A DNA stretch of 64,000 nucleotides, from NCBI GenBank assembly GCA_030596605.1, contig JAUVJI010000003.1, forward strand, positions 3,346 through 67,345, read 5' to 3'. Positions 30,802 to 40,845 of the stretch are shown one piece after another. A model generated the notes under the pieces. That model did no database searches. It was not told the origin of the DNA and saw only the letters and a list, made by a program, of their open reading frames with translations. The position numbers and the translations under genes are program-made. Every line of letters begins with the position of its first letter. Position 1 is the first letter of the stretch. Source of the stretch: Bacteroidales bacterium (GTDB lineage Bacteria; Bacteroidota; Bacteroidia; Bacteroidales; JAADJA01).

Positions 30802-31773
30802 ATGGATTATATTCGAATGAAAATATTTATACGGGCAATCTACCTTGCTTTATTATTGCTTCCGGTATCGGTGCTACACGCCCAGCAAGAGCCACATTTT
30901 GTCCACAATATGTTTAATAACGTCTACTATAATCCCGGTTTTGTTGGTAGTGTTGGAGGTATTTGTGCAACAGGGCTTGCGCGTCAACAATGGTCAGGAT
31001 TTAGTGATGAGGACGGAAATAAGGTCGCCCCAAATACTTATTCTGTTAGTATTCACTCTCCCGTAAATATTTTACATGGAGGTGTGGGGCTTAATATTTA
31101 TTCTGACAAACTAGGATTTCAAAACGAAATCGGTGTCAAATTAATGTATGCTTTTAGGATAGACTTGGGAATGGGTAACCTGGGAATAGGTGCACAGTTC
31201 GATTTTATGAATAGCACTATGGATTGGAATACAATAATGAATCACCCGGCAACTGAACCCGACGATCTCTTAGATCAAAAATCAGGAGAAGAAAGTGACA
31301 TGGTTTTTGATTTTGGCCTGGGAATACAATATTTTGTACCCAATAAGTTTTATGTTGGAATATCATCAACAAGGATTTTGGAGTCCAAAAGCGACAAACT
31401 GCTGTATCAATATAAACGGCATTATTTCCTAACAGCAAACTATGAATTTTCATTTAGGAATAACCCGTCATACGTAATTGAGCCTTCGCTGTTTGTTAAA
31501 TCTGATGCCGTAAAAACAGAATTTGATTTGGCTTTACTTGTAAAATACAATAATAAAGTGTGGGGTGGCGTTAGTTATAGCACTCTTAGAGTTTTAGATC
31601 CTTTTTCAGTGTTGTTAGGTGTTAGCATAAAAGATATAAGAATTGGATACGCATATACAATCCCTACTTCAGCAATTGGCAGTAGTGGAAGTCATGAAGT
31701 CATGGTAGGATATTGTTTTAAAATTAACCTTGATAAAGGAAGAAGAAGTTACAGAAATACCAGGTTCTTATAA
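30802..31773 (+). CDS. porP: PorP/SprF family T9SS outer-membrane protein
   Basis: AQQEPHF...NPGFVG, RQQW and GSHEV motifs; directly upstream of gldK; likely start 30817. Confidence 0.9.
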   Translation: MDYIRMKIFIRAIYLALLLLPVSVLHAQQEPHFVHNMFNNVYYNPGFVGSVGGICATGLARQQWSGFSDEDGNKVAPNTYSVSIHSPVNILHGGVGLNIYSDKLGFQNEIGVKLMYAFRIDLGMGNLGIGAQFDFMNSTMDWNTIMNHPATEPDDLLDQKSGEESDMVFDFGLGIQYFVPNKFYVGISSTRILESKSDKLLYQYKRHYFLTANYEFSFRNNPSYVIEPSLFVKSDAVKTEFDLALLVKYNNKVWGGVSYSTLRVLDPFSVLLGVSIKDIRIGYAYTIPTSAIGSSGSHEVMVGYCFKINLDKGRRSYRNTRFL

Positions 31774-31855
31774 AAAAATGAAACTTTATACATTAATATA
31801 AAGTAAAAAAATTGTTATAAACTTAGGTTATTAAGAATAAAATCAGCTTTTAACT

Positions 31856-33220
31856 ATGAAAAAAGTTCTTTTATATCTGGCCGCTTTAGTAATTTTAGGT
31901 AGCTGTGGCAGTTCGGGAAATGGTGAGCTTGTTGGTGTGCAGAGTAGAAAACCATTTTACCAACCTACCCCTTATGGAATGGCATATATTCCATTAGGTA
32001 GTTATACAATGGGTGTTGGTGATGAAGATGCTGCTTATGCGCAAATTCACCAGCCCAAAACAGTAACCATTTCTGCTTTCTACATGGATGAAACAGAAAT
32101 TACAAACAATGAATACCGGCAGTTTGTGAACTGGGTAAGGGATTCAATAGCCCGGGTACTTTTAGGTGACATTTTACCTGAAGATTACCTCATTGAGGAG
32201 GACAGGAAAACAGGTGAAATGTTCGATCCGCCCTTCTTAAACTGGAGCACAAGAATTGACTGGGAGGGCGAAGAAGAAAAAGAGGTGCTTGAAGAGCTAT
32301 TTCTTTCTGAAAATGAAAGGTATTTCAGGAAGAAAGAAATTGACACCCGTAAACTTAATTATGAATATTACTGGGTTGATTTAAAAGCAGCTTCCAGAAA
32401 AGATCATACACAAGATGGTAATCATGAAGCGGCCTCTTTGGCAAACCGCCCACAGGGTTTACAAGACAGATCAGTTTATGTTAGAAAAGAGTTTATCAAT
32501 GTCTATCCCGATACGCTGGTATGGCTATTCGATTACTCATACTCTTTTAATGAACCTTTAACTCAAAAATATTTTTGGCATCCTGCATACGATCATTATC
32601 CTGTAGTTGGTGTAAACTGGCGCCAGGCAAAAGCATTTTGTGTTTGGAGAACACAGCTGAAAAACACTTATCTCGCCCAGAAAAACGGACAGTCAAACAT
32701 ACACGACTATCGTTTACCTACCGAAGCTGAGTGGGAATGGGCTGCAAGAGGCGGACATGACTTTAATCCATATCCCTGGGGAGGGCCTTATACAAGAAAT
32801 GACAAGGGTTGTTTCCTTGGAAATTACAAACCTTTAAGGGGAAATTATACTGACGATGGTGGATCAACACCAATAATCGTAGCTCACTATCCTCCTAATG
32901 ACTGGGGTTTGTATGATATGGCCGGTAATGTTTCAGAATGGACATCCGATGCATTTGATGAATCTTCATATAATTTTACCTGGGACCTTAATCCGCATTA
33001 CCAGTATAATGCTGATGAGAATGATCCTCCGGTACTGAAAAGAAAGGTTATCAGAGGTGGATCATGGAAAGACGTTGGTCACTTTTTACAGGTAGCCACC
33101 CGTTCATACGAATACCAGGATACTGCAAAAGCATATATTGGATTTAGGTGTGTCGAAACTTTCCTTGGAAGGCAAAAAGACGATAATCCTGCAAAAGCCT
33201 CGCATATTTATAAAAGATAA
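31856..33220 (+). CDS. gldK: T9SS/gliding lipoprotein GldK/PorK
   Basis: Lipobox LGSC; DETEITNNEYRQF, YPVVGV, LPTEAEWE and DMAGNV motifs; operon order. Confidence 0.93.
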   Translation: MKKVLLYLAALVILGSCGSSGNGELVGVQSRKPFYQPTPYGMAYIPLGSYTMGVGDEDAAYAQIHQPKTVTISAFYMDETEITNNEYRQFVNWVRDSIARVLLGDILPEDYLIEEDRKTGEMFDPPFLNWSTRIDWEGEEEKEVLEELFLSENERYFRKKEIDTRKLNYEYYWVDLKAASRKDHTQDGNHEAASLANRPQGLQDRSVYVRKEFINVYPDTLVWLFDYSYSFNEPLTQKYFWHPAYDHYPVVGVNWRQAKAFCVWRTQLKNTYLAQKNGQSNIHDYRLPTEAEWEWAARGGHDFNPYPWGGPYTRNDKGCFLGNYKPLRGNYTDDGGSTPIIVAHYPPNDWGLYDMAGNVSEWTSDAFDESSYNFTWDLNPHYQYNADENDPPVLKRKVIRGGSWKDVGHFLQVATRSYEYQDTAKAYIGFRCVETFLGRQKDDNPAKASHIYKR

Positions 33221-33274
33221 TACCAATCGAACTAAATAAAGTGTAAATCATTAATCAAATTTGTAAAATTAATC

Positions 33275-34459
33275 ATGGGATTAAGCAACATTGTTAAAAG
33301 TAGAGGATTTAGAAACTTCATGGCCAAGTTGTATGGAATTGGCGCAGCAGTTGTTATTTTGGGAGCCTTATTTAAAATTAACCACTATCAGGGTGCTGAT
33401 ATTATGCTGATTATGGGGTTGGGTACGGAAGCTATTATTTTCTTCTTTTCAGCTTTTGAACCGCCTCATGTTGAGCCGGATTGGAGTTTGATTTATCCTG
33501 AACTTGCAGGTATGTACCACGGTGTATCATCCGAAATTGAGAGTGGTGATATCAAGTCAGAGGGTTTAACAGAGGATCTGGACAGGATGCTTGCGGATGC
33601 TAAGATCGGGCCGGAATTGATAGAAAGCCTCGGGCAGGGTCTTAGAAGTTTGAGTGATAATACGAACAAATTAAGTGATGTTTCAAATGCAACCATTGCA
33701 ACCAACGAGTTCACAGAAAAAGTGAAAGGTGCATCAGAATCTGTTGGGTCTTTGGCAGCTTCTTATGACAAGCAGGCTGAAACCATAAATAAAGATATTA
33801 ATGTATCTGAAGAATATTTGACTTCAATGAAAAATGCTTCGACTTCAGCTTCAAGTCTCTCTGATATCTATGCCAAAGCATCTGAGTCATTGAAAAACGA
33901 TCTGGGTGCAACAGAAGGTTTTGCAGAGAGCATTAAAGCTGCAACCCAATCAGCAGAGGAACTTACTCGGAATTATAATAAATCTGCTGAAGTGCTGTCA
34001 AAATCTGCAGAGGCGCTCGATTTTACCTCCTTTAAGGAGAATAATTACGGTGAGCAATTGAATAAAATTTCCCAAAATCTTGCTTCATTAAATGCAGTAT
34101 ACGAAACGCAATTGCAGAACTCGAAAGAACAATCAGCCTCCTCCAATAAATTACAGGAAGTTTTAGAGAGATTTGTTAACAATCTAAATGGTTCTATTGA
34201 TAATACATCGAAATACCAGGAAAATATGACGGCACTGAACAATGTATTTCAAAATCAATTACAAAGTACTTCTGATCAGGTTGAAACTTCAGGAAAACTA
34301 AAAAACACTTTAGACCAGTTCCTGAATAAATTAAATGATTCAGCTGATAAAACGATTAAATATAACGAAGAGTTAGACAATCTTTCGAAGAAAGTAGCTG
34401 CCCTCAATACAGTTTATGGCAATATGCTTTCAGCAATGAATGTTAAGTCAGATAGTTAA
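33275..34459 (+). CDS. gldL: T9SS motor protein GldL/PorL with an elongated cytoplasmic coiled coil
   Basis: YGIGAAVVILGALFKI, TEAIIFFFSAFEP and LNTVYGNMLSAM motifs. Confidence 0.93.
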   Translation: MGLSNIVKSRGFRNFMAKLYGIGAAVVILGALFKINHYQGADIMLIMGLGTEAIIFFFSAFEPPHVEPDWSLIYPELAGMYHGVSSEIESGDIKSEGLTEDLDRMLADAKIGPELIESLGQGLRSLSDNTNKLSDVSNATIATNEFTEKVKGASESVGSLAASYDKQAETINKDINVSEEYLTSMKNASTSASSLSDIYAKASESLKNDLGATEGFAESIKAATQSAEELTRNYNKSAEVLSKSAEALDFTSFKENNYGEQLNKISQNLASLNAVYETQLQNSKEQSASSNKLQEVLERFVNNLNGSIDNTSKYQENMTALNNVFQNQLQSTSDQVETSGKLKNTLDQFLNKLNDSADKTIKYNEELDNLSKKVAALNTVYGNMLSAMNVKSDS

Positions 34460-34506
34460 CAGGAATAATTAGCCGAAAAATCAAAAAATAAAAAGAGGAA
34501 TTATAG

Positions 34507-36105
34507 ATGGCTGGATATAAGGAAACCCCACGGCAGAAGATGATAGCCATGATGTACCTGGTACTGACTGCTCTGCTTGCCCTTAATGTTTCGCGTGAGA
34601 TCTTAAGCGCTTTTCTTATCGTGAACGAAAGTATGGAAATCACAAATAAACAGTTTTCCGCTAAGGTTAATGAGATTTATGCTGATTTTGAAAAACAATA
34701 TACTATTAATCCTAATAAAGTAGGAGAATATTGGAATAAAGCAAAAGAGGCGAAAAATATATCAACAAACTTAGTAAATTATCTTGATGACTTGAAAGCT
34801 CAGGTAATATCCCAAACTGAAGGTATCACATTAGAAGAGGCGGATACTATAAACTTGGCAATGGTTAAAAAGAAAGATAATTTTGATGATCCGACAAATT
34901 TTTTCGTAGGTACAGATACGAAAAGAGGCGAAGCCGTTGCTCTGTTGGATAGTATAACCTTGTTCAAAGATAACTTATTAAGCCTCATTAGTGAAGAAGA
35001 CAGAGAAGGTTTTGATTTGGGCTTAAAAACAGATAGTGATTATAAAAATGCGGATGGTAAATCAGAATCCTGGGCAATGCATCATTTTTACCATACTATT
35101 CTCGCTGCTGATATTACTATCCTTAACAAATTTATAGCAGAAACCTACAATGCCGAAGCAAACGTTGTAAACTATTTATATTCTTCTATTTCTGAAGAAG
35201 ATTTTAAGTTTGATGAAGTTAATGCAAAGGTAATTCCGAATAGTAATTATATTTTCCAGGGGGAAGAATATAGGGCTGAAATTCTTGTTGCGGCTTTCGA
35301 TACAAAACAAAACCCTGAAATCTACATTCTTGAAGGCGCTGATACTTTACCGGGATCAATGATTGATAGGGCAAAAAGAATTGAAGGCAAGGAAGGAATA
35401 GTAGAGCTTATACTGCCTGCCAGCTCAGAAGGCACAAAAAAATACGCCGGTATTATCAGGATGAAAACCCCATGGGGAGCTACTCACGACTACCATTTCA
35501 AACATGAATATCTTGTTGCCAAACCTTCAGCTACTGTTTCTGCTGATAAAATGAATGTATTTTACAGGGGAGTTGATAACCCAGTATCTATTTCTGCATC
35601 AGGTAAAGCTGATGCTCAATTAAAGCCCAAAATTACGGCTGGACGTTTGAGCAGATCTAAAGGTGGATGGGTTGTAAACAATCTACCTGGTGAAGCCTAT
35701 GAAACAACAATCAGTATTTATGCCGAAGATAATGGGGGGCAGAAAAAGATGGGAGAGCAGTTGTTCAGGGTAAAAAGGTTGCCCGACCCGATTGCAAAAG
35801 TAATCGGTTCGACTGACGGAAAAATTTCAATGAGAAAAATGCTGGCAAATCCATTTTTATTATGTCAGTTGCCCGAATGGGTAGATTTTGAATACGATTT
35901 TAAAGTGACATCATTTACCATGTTTATCCCTAAGGGCGGTGGATATTTTGTTACTGAAAAAGCTGAAAGCCAATTATACACTAATAAAATGAAAAACCAG
36001 ATACAATCTTTAAAAAAGAATGATGTGATTGTATTTCGTGATATAAAAGTAAGAGGACCGGAGGGGCCTCGTAAAATTGAATCAATTAATATTACAATAA
36101 ACTAA
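34507..36105 (+). CDS. gldM: T9SS motor protein GldM/PorM
   Basis: PRQKMIAMMYLVLTALLALNVS and KMNVFYRGVDNP motifs. Confidence 0.94.
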   Translation: MAGYKETPRQKMIAMMYLVLTALLALNVSREILSAFLIVNESMEITNKQFSAKVNEIYADFEKQYTINPNKVGEYWNKAKEAKNISTNLVNYLDDLKAQVISQTEGITLEEADTINLAMVKKKDNFDDPTNFFVGTDTKRGEAVALLDSITLFKDNLLSLISEEDREGFDLGLKTDSDYKNADGKSESWAMHHFYHTILAADITILNKFIAETYNAEANVVNYLYSSISEEDFKFDEVNAKVIPNSNYIFQGEEYRAEILVAAFDTKQNPEIYILEGADTLPGSMIDRAKRIEGKEGIVELILPASSEGTKKYAGIIRMKTPWGATHDYHFKHEYLVAKPSATVSADKMNVFYRGVDNPVSISASGKADAQLKPKITAGRLSRSKGGWVVNNLPGEAYETTISIYAEDNGGQKKMGEQLFRVKRLPDPIAKVIGSTDGKISMRKMLANPFLLCQLPEWVDFEYDFKVTSFTMFIPKGGGYFVTEKAESQLYTNKMKNQIQSLKKNDVIVFRDIKVRGPEGPRKIESINITIN

Positions 36106-36117
36106 TTGGAGGTTTTT

Positions 36118-36972
36118 ATGAAAACTACAATAAGTATAATAATATTGGTGGGAATGATCATAGGAATCAATTCCACATCCGTAGCTCAGATTCTGGATAG
36201 TCCGCGCGATGGTGTTTTTGATGAAATCCACTTGCAGAATAAAAAACCTATTCCGTATTACCCGGTTAGGGAAGCAGATGTAATATGGAAAAAAAGGATT
36301 TGGAGGATCATGGATCTCCGTCAGAAAATGAACCATCCTTTTTATTATCCGGAGACACCTCAGAAAGGCTGGAAAAATTTTATGACCGTAATAATGGACG
36401 CCATCAGGGAAGGGACAATAACTGCTTACGATCCTTCAAAAGATGACCAATTCCTTGTTCCGTTAACCTATCAGGAAATTGAAAAAAAATTCACCCGTAC
36501 TGATACTGTACCCATTGTTGACCCAAATAATCCGCAAAGAATTTTAAGATATGAGGTCGTAAAAGAGGATTTTGACCCATCTGAAGTACAACGGATCAAA
36601 TTAAAAGAAGACTGGTTTTTCGACAAGCAGCGTTCGGTTATGGATGTGAGGGTTTTGGGTATTTGCCCGGTTAGAAACCTGTATGATGATGATGGAAATT
36701 ATTTTGGTCTGGAAGAAATGTTTTGGATTTATTATCCCGAAGCAAGGCCGGTATTTGCGCAGTCCATTGTATTTAACAGGAGCAACAGCGCTGAAGAAAG
36801 AACTTACGATGAACTGTTCTGGAAGAGAATGTTTGGAAGCTACGTATATAAAGAAGAGAATGTTTACAATAGGGAAATAACCGATTATGCATCCGGAATG
36901 GATGCCCTGCTGGAAGCAGAGAGGATCAAGAACGAGCTTTTCGAATTTGAACATGAACTTTGGGAATTCTAA
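36118..36972 (+). CDS. gldN: T9SS protein GldN/PorN
   Basis: VREADVIW, KEDWFFDK and FEFEHELWEF motifs; ATG at 36118. Confidence 0.93.
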   Translation: MKTTISIIILVGMIIGINSTSVAQILDSPRDGVFDEIHLQNKKPIPYYPVREADVIWKKRIWRIMDLRQKMNHPFYYPETPQKGWKNFMTVIMDAIREGTITAYDPSKDDQFLVPLTYQEIEKKFTRTDTVPIVDPNNPQRILRYEVVKEDFDPSEVQRIKLKEDWFFDKQRSVMDVRVLGICPVRNLYDDDGNYFGLEEMFWIYYPEARPVFAQSIVFNRSNSAEERTYDELFWKRMFGSYVYKEENVYNREITDYASGMDALLEAERIKNELFEFEHELWEF

Positions 36973-36991
36973 ATTTGAAAAAGATATATAC

Positions 36992-37022
36992 AAACTCCTC
37001 CAATCCGGGGGAGTTTTTTTTT
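36992..37022 (+). terminator. Intrinsic terminator of the gld operon
   Basis: AAACTCCTC...GGGGAGTTT followed by a long T-tract. Confidence 0.8.
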
Positions 37023-37071
37023 GCCTGGATTGATACTAATTCTATAATTTTGTTGAAACCGTTTTTTTTGC

Positions 37072-39180
37072 ATGAAAACTTTTGATATTCTTGATACACC
37101 TATTGAATACCTCAAAGGGGTTGGGCCTAAACGGGCAGAGGTGCTGAAAAAAGAATTAAATGTTTTCACCTTCAACCATCTTCTGAATTATTTCCCTTTC
37201 CGCTATGTCGACAGAAGTAAATTCTATAAAATCAATGATATCCAAAGTGATGTTGCTTATATTCAGATTACCGGTAAAATAATTTCCATTCAAAAATTGG
37301 GAAAGCCAAGATCGGAACGCCTTGTTGCCCTATTCCAGGATGACACAGGAACGATAGAGCTGGTTTGGTTTAAAGGTGTAAAATGGATGATCAACAAGCT
37401 TACCGCAAACCAAGAGTATGTTGTTTTTGGAAAACCGGCCTGGTTTAATGGAAAATATAATATTCCTCATCCGGAGATCGAAGCTGTTTCAGAGCAGAAA
37501 ATAAACCTTGGAGAAAAGTTGCAGCCATTTTATCCTTCTACTGAAAAATTGAAATCCAGAGGGCTGGACAGCAAAGGAATCAGTAAGTTAACCAGAACGT
37601 TAATAGCTCAGGTTAAAGATGCTATAAAAGAAACGCTATCGGATCAAATCCTGAACAAACTAAAATTGACCCCAAGAGATGAAGCTTTGTTGAATATTCA
37701 CTATCCGAAAGACCAAAAAATATTAGACAAAGTAAGGGCCCGGTTAATATTTGAGGAATTGTTCTTTATTCAATTGAATTTGCTTAAGCTAAAACTCCTT
37801 CGAATAGAAAAAATCAGAGGGCATAAATTTCCAGTCGTTGGTGATTATTTGAATAATTTTTTCCACCACAAACTTCCTTTTGAATTGACCAATGCACAAA
37901 AAAAGGTGGTAAAAGAAATTCGCACAGATATTGGTTCCGGAAAACAAATGAACCGGTTGTTGCAGGGTGATGTTGGAAGCGGTAAAACACTTGTGGCTTT
38001 GATGTCGATGCTGATTGCGCTGGATAATAATTTTCAGGCGTGTTTAATGGCGCCAACAGAAATTCTTGCCAAACAACATTTTGAGTCAGTTACGAAAATG
38101 TTATCCGGACTTGGGATTAATACCAGATTGCTGACAGGCTCAACCAAAGCAAAAGAAAGAAAAGAAATACATGCTGAGTTGAAAGATGGAAGCCTGCAAA
38201 TTCTCATCGGCACACATGCACTAATTGAAGATACAGTTGTATTTAATAATCTTGGGTTGGTAGTAATTGATGAGCAGCATCGGTTCGGTGTTGCCCAAAG
38301 AGCACGGTTATGGAAGAAGAATATTATTCCTCCCCATATTTTGGTAATGACCGCAACACCTATCCCCCGAACATTGGCCATGACTTTGTATGGTGATTTG
38401 GATGTATCTGTTATTGATGAATTACCACCTGGCAGAAAGCAGATCAAAACAGCACAATATTTCGACAAAGACCGCTTAAAGGTATTTGGTTTCCTTAAAA
38501 AGCAAATTAAACACGGCAAGCAGGTTTATATCGTTTATCCGCTAATCCAGGAATCGGAAAAGCTGGATTTAAAAGACCTGATGGATGGATATGAAAGCAT
38601 TACACGAGCCTTTCCTTTGCCGGAATATGCCGTGAGCATGGTACATGGGAAAATGACCACAAAAGACAAGGATTATGAAATGGGCCGTTTTATAAAAGGA
38701 GAAACACAGATCATGGTGGCTACAACCGTTATCGAGGTGGGAGTTGACATTCCAAATGCATCTGTAATGGTTATTGAAAATGCCGAACGCTTTGGTTTAT
38801 CTCAATTGCACCAGTTAAGAGGCCGGGTTGGCCGGGGCGCTGATCAATCATTTTGTATTTTGATGGCAAAAGACAAACTAACCAACGAAGGGAGAAAACG
38901 AATACATACGATGGTCAAAACCACTGACGGATTTGAAATTGCTGAAGTAGATTTAAAACTTCGGGGACCCGGCGATTTGCAAGGAACACAACAAAGCGGA
39001 ATTCTTGATCTAAAAATTGCCGATATCATCAAAGATGAAAAAATACTAAAATACGGAAGAAACCTGGCCATTGAAATCCTGAATGAAGATCCTCACCTGG
39101 AGCTTGCGAAAAATCGGACTGTTGCCCAACACTTGAGATATCTGTCTAAAAACAAACCAAACTGGAGTTTGATTAGTTAA
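37072..39180 (+). CDS. recG: ATP-dependent DNA helicase RecG
   Basis: QGDVGSGKT, DEQHRFGV, TATPIPRT and QLRGRVGRG motifs. Confidence 0.97.
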   Translation: MKTFDILDTPIEYLKGVGPKRAEVLKKELNVFTFNHLLNYFPFRYVDRSKFYKINDIQSDVAYIQITGKIISIQKLGKPRSERLVALFQDDTGTIELVWFKGVKWMINKLTANQEYVVFGKPAWFNGKYNIPHPEIEAVSEQKINLGEKLQPFYPSTEKLKSRGLDSKGISKLTRTLIAQVKDAIKETLSDQILNKLKLTPRDEALLNIHYPKDQKILDKVRARLIFEELFFIQLNLLKLKLLRIEKIRGHKFPVVGDYLNNFFHHKLPFELTNAQKKVVKEIRTDIGSGKQMNRLLQGDVGSGKTLVALMSMLIALDNNFQACLMAPTEILAKQHFESVTKMLSGLGINTRLLTGSTKAKERKEIHAELKDGSLQILIGTHALIEDTVVFNNLGLVVIDEQHRFGVAQRARLWKKNIIPPHILVMTATPIPRTLAMTLYGDLDVSVIDELPPGRKQIKTAQYFDKDRLKVFGFLKKQIKHGKQVYIVYPLIQESEKLDLKDLMDGYESITRAFPLPEYAVSMVHGKMTTKDKDYEMGRFIKGETQIMVATTVIEVGVDIPNASVMVIENAERFGLSQLHQLRGRVGRGADQSFCILMAKDKLTNEGRKRIHTMVKTTDGFEIAEVDLKLRGPGDLQGTQQSGILDLKIADIIKDEKILKYGRNLAIEILNEDPHLELAKNRTVAQHLRYLSKNKPNWSLIS

Positions 39181-39191
39181 TAATTCTTATC

Positions 39192-40790
39192 TTATTTTTG
39201 TATCACAACCTTTCCACTATAAACCATTCCCTCAACTTCCAGGTTGTAAAAATAAATCCCATTCCTCATGCCCCTCAAATCAAAAACTGTTTTTTCTTCA
39301 ATTATCTGCTTCCTTAACACCTTCCTCCCAAAAACATCCATTATTCGAATTTCCCTTGTCTCCCTGACTTCAAACATCGAACCTCGAACTTCGAACTCAA
39401 AGACTACATAATCCTTTGCAGGATTTGGATAAACCTTTAATCCACTTTTTCCTATATTTTGATTAATTACATTCGTACTCGTATCTTCTATCTCAAACAC
39501 CCAAAAATCCTTATCTCCATGAGGCGTACACTGTACATCATAAGAAGGCCCCCAATCTGTTTGTGCGGCAATTACAAAATTGTTGTCGCTCTTTTTTACT
39601 ACACCGAAATATAGCCCTTCATTACCTTCTCCTCCAATACATTGTTGGGTTAATAATTCTCCATCACTATTTAATTTTATCATCCAAATATCATGGTCAT
39701 ATTCGCTTAATGAATGATTTCCTGATACATCTCCATTGTTCGATCGAGTAACACAAAAAGAAACGAACTCACCAGAAGTAAGTTGATTAATATTATCTAA
39801 AGTTTCCCAATTTGATCCTCCAAGTGCATTTTGCCATATAATATTGCCATAAAAATCTAATTTAACTATCCATACATCACTTTCTCCATGCCAACCGGAA
39901 ACATCCCCATCATTTGAACTTGTATAAGCACCAAATATATAACCGTCACCTACTTCAAGCAATGTAACAATCCCGTCATGATCACTACCACCATAGCAAT
40001 GTTGCCACTCAATATTCCTATCAGCATCAAGTTTAGTTAATACTGCTTCGGCCATATAACTGTGTGGCTCGCAGGTGATATTACCTCCTTCGCCGAGCAT
40101 GGAGTTGCTGGATGCAAGGTAACCTCCATCAGAAGTTTGCATTACCGCCTGGCCTTTATCAATCCAGTCTGTTCCAATGGTAAAGTCCCATTCCAATTCC
40201 CCTTCGCTATTTAGTTTTATCATCCAGGTGTCGGCGCCCCCATAGTTTATGCTCACATCCCCATCGTTGGAGTATGTCCAGCCTAATGCTACAACTCCCC
40301 CGTCCAGGGTAGATGAACCTGTCCATAAAACGTCAGATTCATTTCCTCCAATAATTTTATCCCAGATAATATTACCATCTAAATCAATTTTTAATATCCA
40401 ATGATCCCATGAATCGGTGTATGGATCATAACTTACATCACCATCCGAAGAATTAGAGGCTCCAAGAATATAATAATTTCCATTATTATCAGGTATTATA
40501 CGTCTAAAGTTATCTCCTTTAGTTCCCCCATAAGTTTTCTCCCATAAAATATTCCCGGTGCTATCAGTTTTTATTATCCACCCATCTGAGCCACCATTAT
40601 TAAATGAAATATCCCCATCATTTGATTCTGTCCATCCAACAATTAAGTATCCACCGGTAACTTCAATAATGTCATAAGCATTGTCTTGTTCACTCCCCCC
40701 ATAGCATTGTTGCCATGTAATTTCCATATTTTGACTGTAAACCGATACCTGAAACAAAACAGTTATTAATAAACAAATTATTAATTTCAT
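39192..40790 (-). CDS. T9SS-secreted repeat (beta-propeller-like) protein
   Basis: Repeated WQQCYGGS/WEKTYGG...SNDGDVS units; VYPNP...NGIYFY CTD. Confidence 0.88.
   Translation of the reverse strand: MKLIICLLITVLFQVSVYSQNMEITWQQCYGGSEQDNAYDIIEVTGGYLIVGWTESNDGDISFNNGGSDGWIIKTDSTGNILWEKTYGGTKGDNFRRIIPDNNGNYYILGASNSSDGDVSYDPYTDSWDHWILKIDLDGNIIWDKIIGGNESDVLWTGSSTLDGGVVALGWTYSNDGDVSINYGGADTWMIKLNSEGELEWDFTIGTDWIDKGQAVMQTSDGGYLASSNSMLGEGGNITCEPHSYMAEAVLTKLDADRNIEWQHCYGGSDHDGIVTLLEVGDGYIFGAYTSSNDGDVSGWHGESDVWIVKLDFYGNIIWQNALGGSNWETLDNINQLTSGEFVSFCVTRSNNGDVSGNHSLSEYDHDIWMIKLNSDGELLTQQCIGGEGNEGLYFGVVKKSDNNFVIAAQTDWGPSYDVQCTPHGDKDFWVFEIEDTSTNVINQNIGKSGLKVYPNPAKDYVVFEFEVRGSMFEVRETREIRIMDVFGRKVLRKQIIEEKTVFDLRGMRNGIYFYNLEVEGMVYSGKVVIQK
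39369..39396. repeat. Four degenerate heptamer repeats inside the CTD coding sequence
   Basis: TTCAAAC ATCGAAC CTCGAAC TTCGAAC. Confidence 0.7.
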
Positions 40791-40804
40791 ATTTCAATAT
40801 ATTT

Positions 40805-40841
40805 AAAAAGCACTATGCCAAATTAATGACATAGTGCTTTT
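40805..40841. terminator. Hairpin between the S8 chassis gene and its partner
   Basis: AAAAGCACTATG...CATAGTGCTTTT. Confidence 0.75.
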
Positions 40842-40845
40842 ATTA

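Noticed and set aside
31856-33220. FGE-sulfatase/C-type-lectin fold as a DGR target
   Set aside because: It is canonical GldK in its operon, and no template repeat was seen
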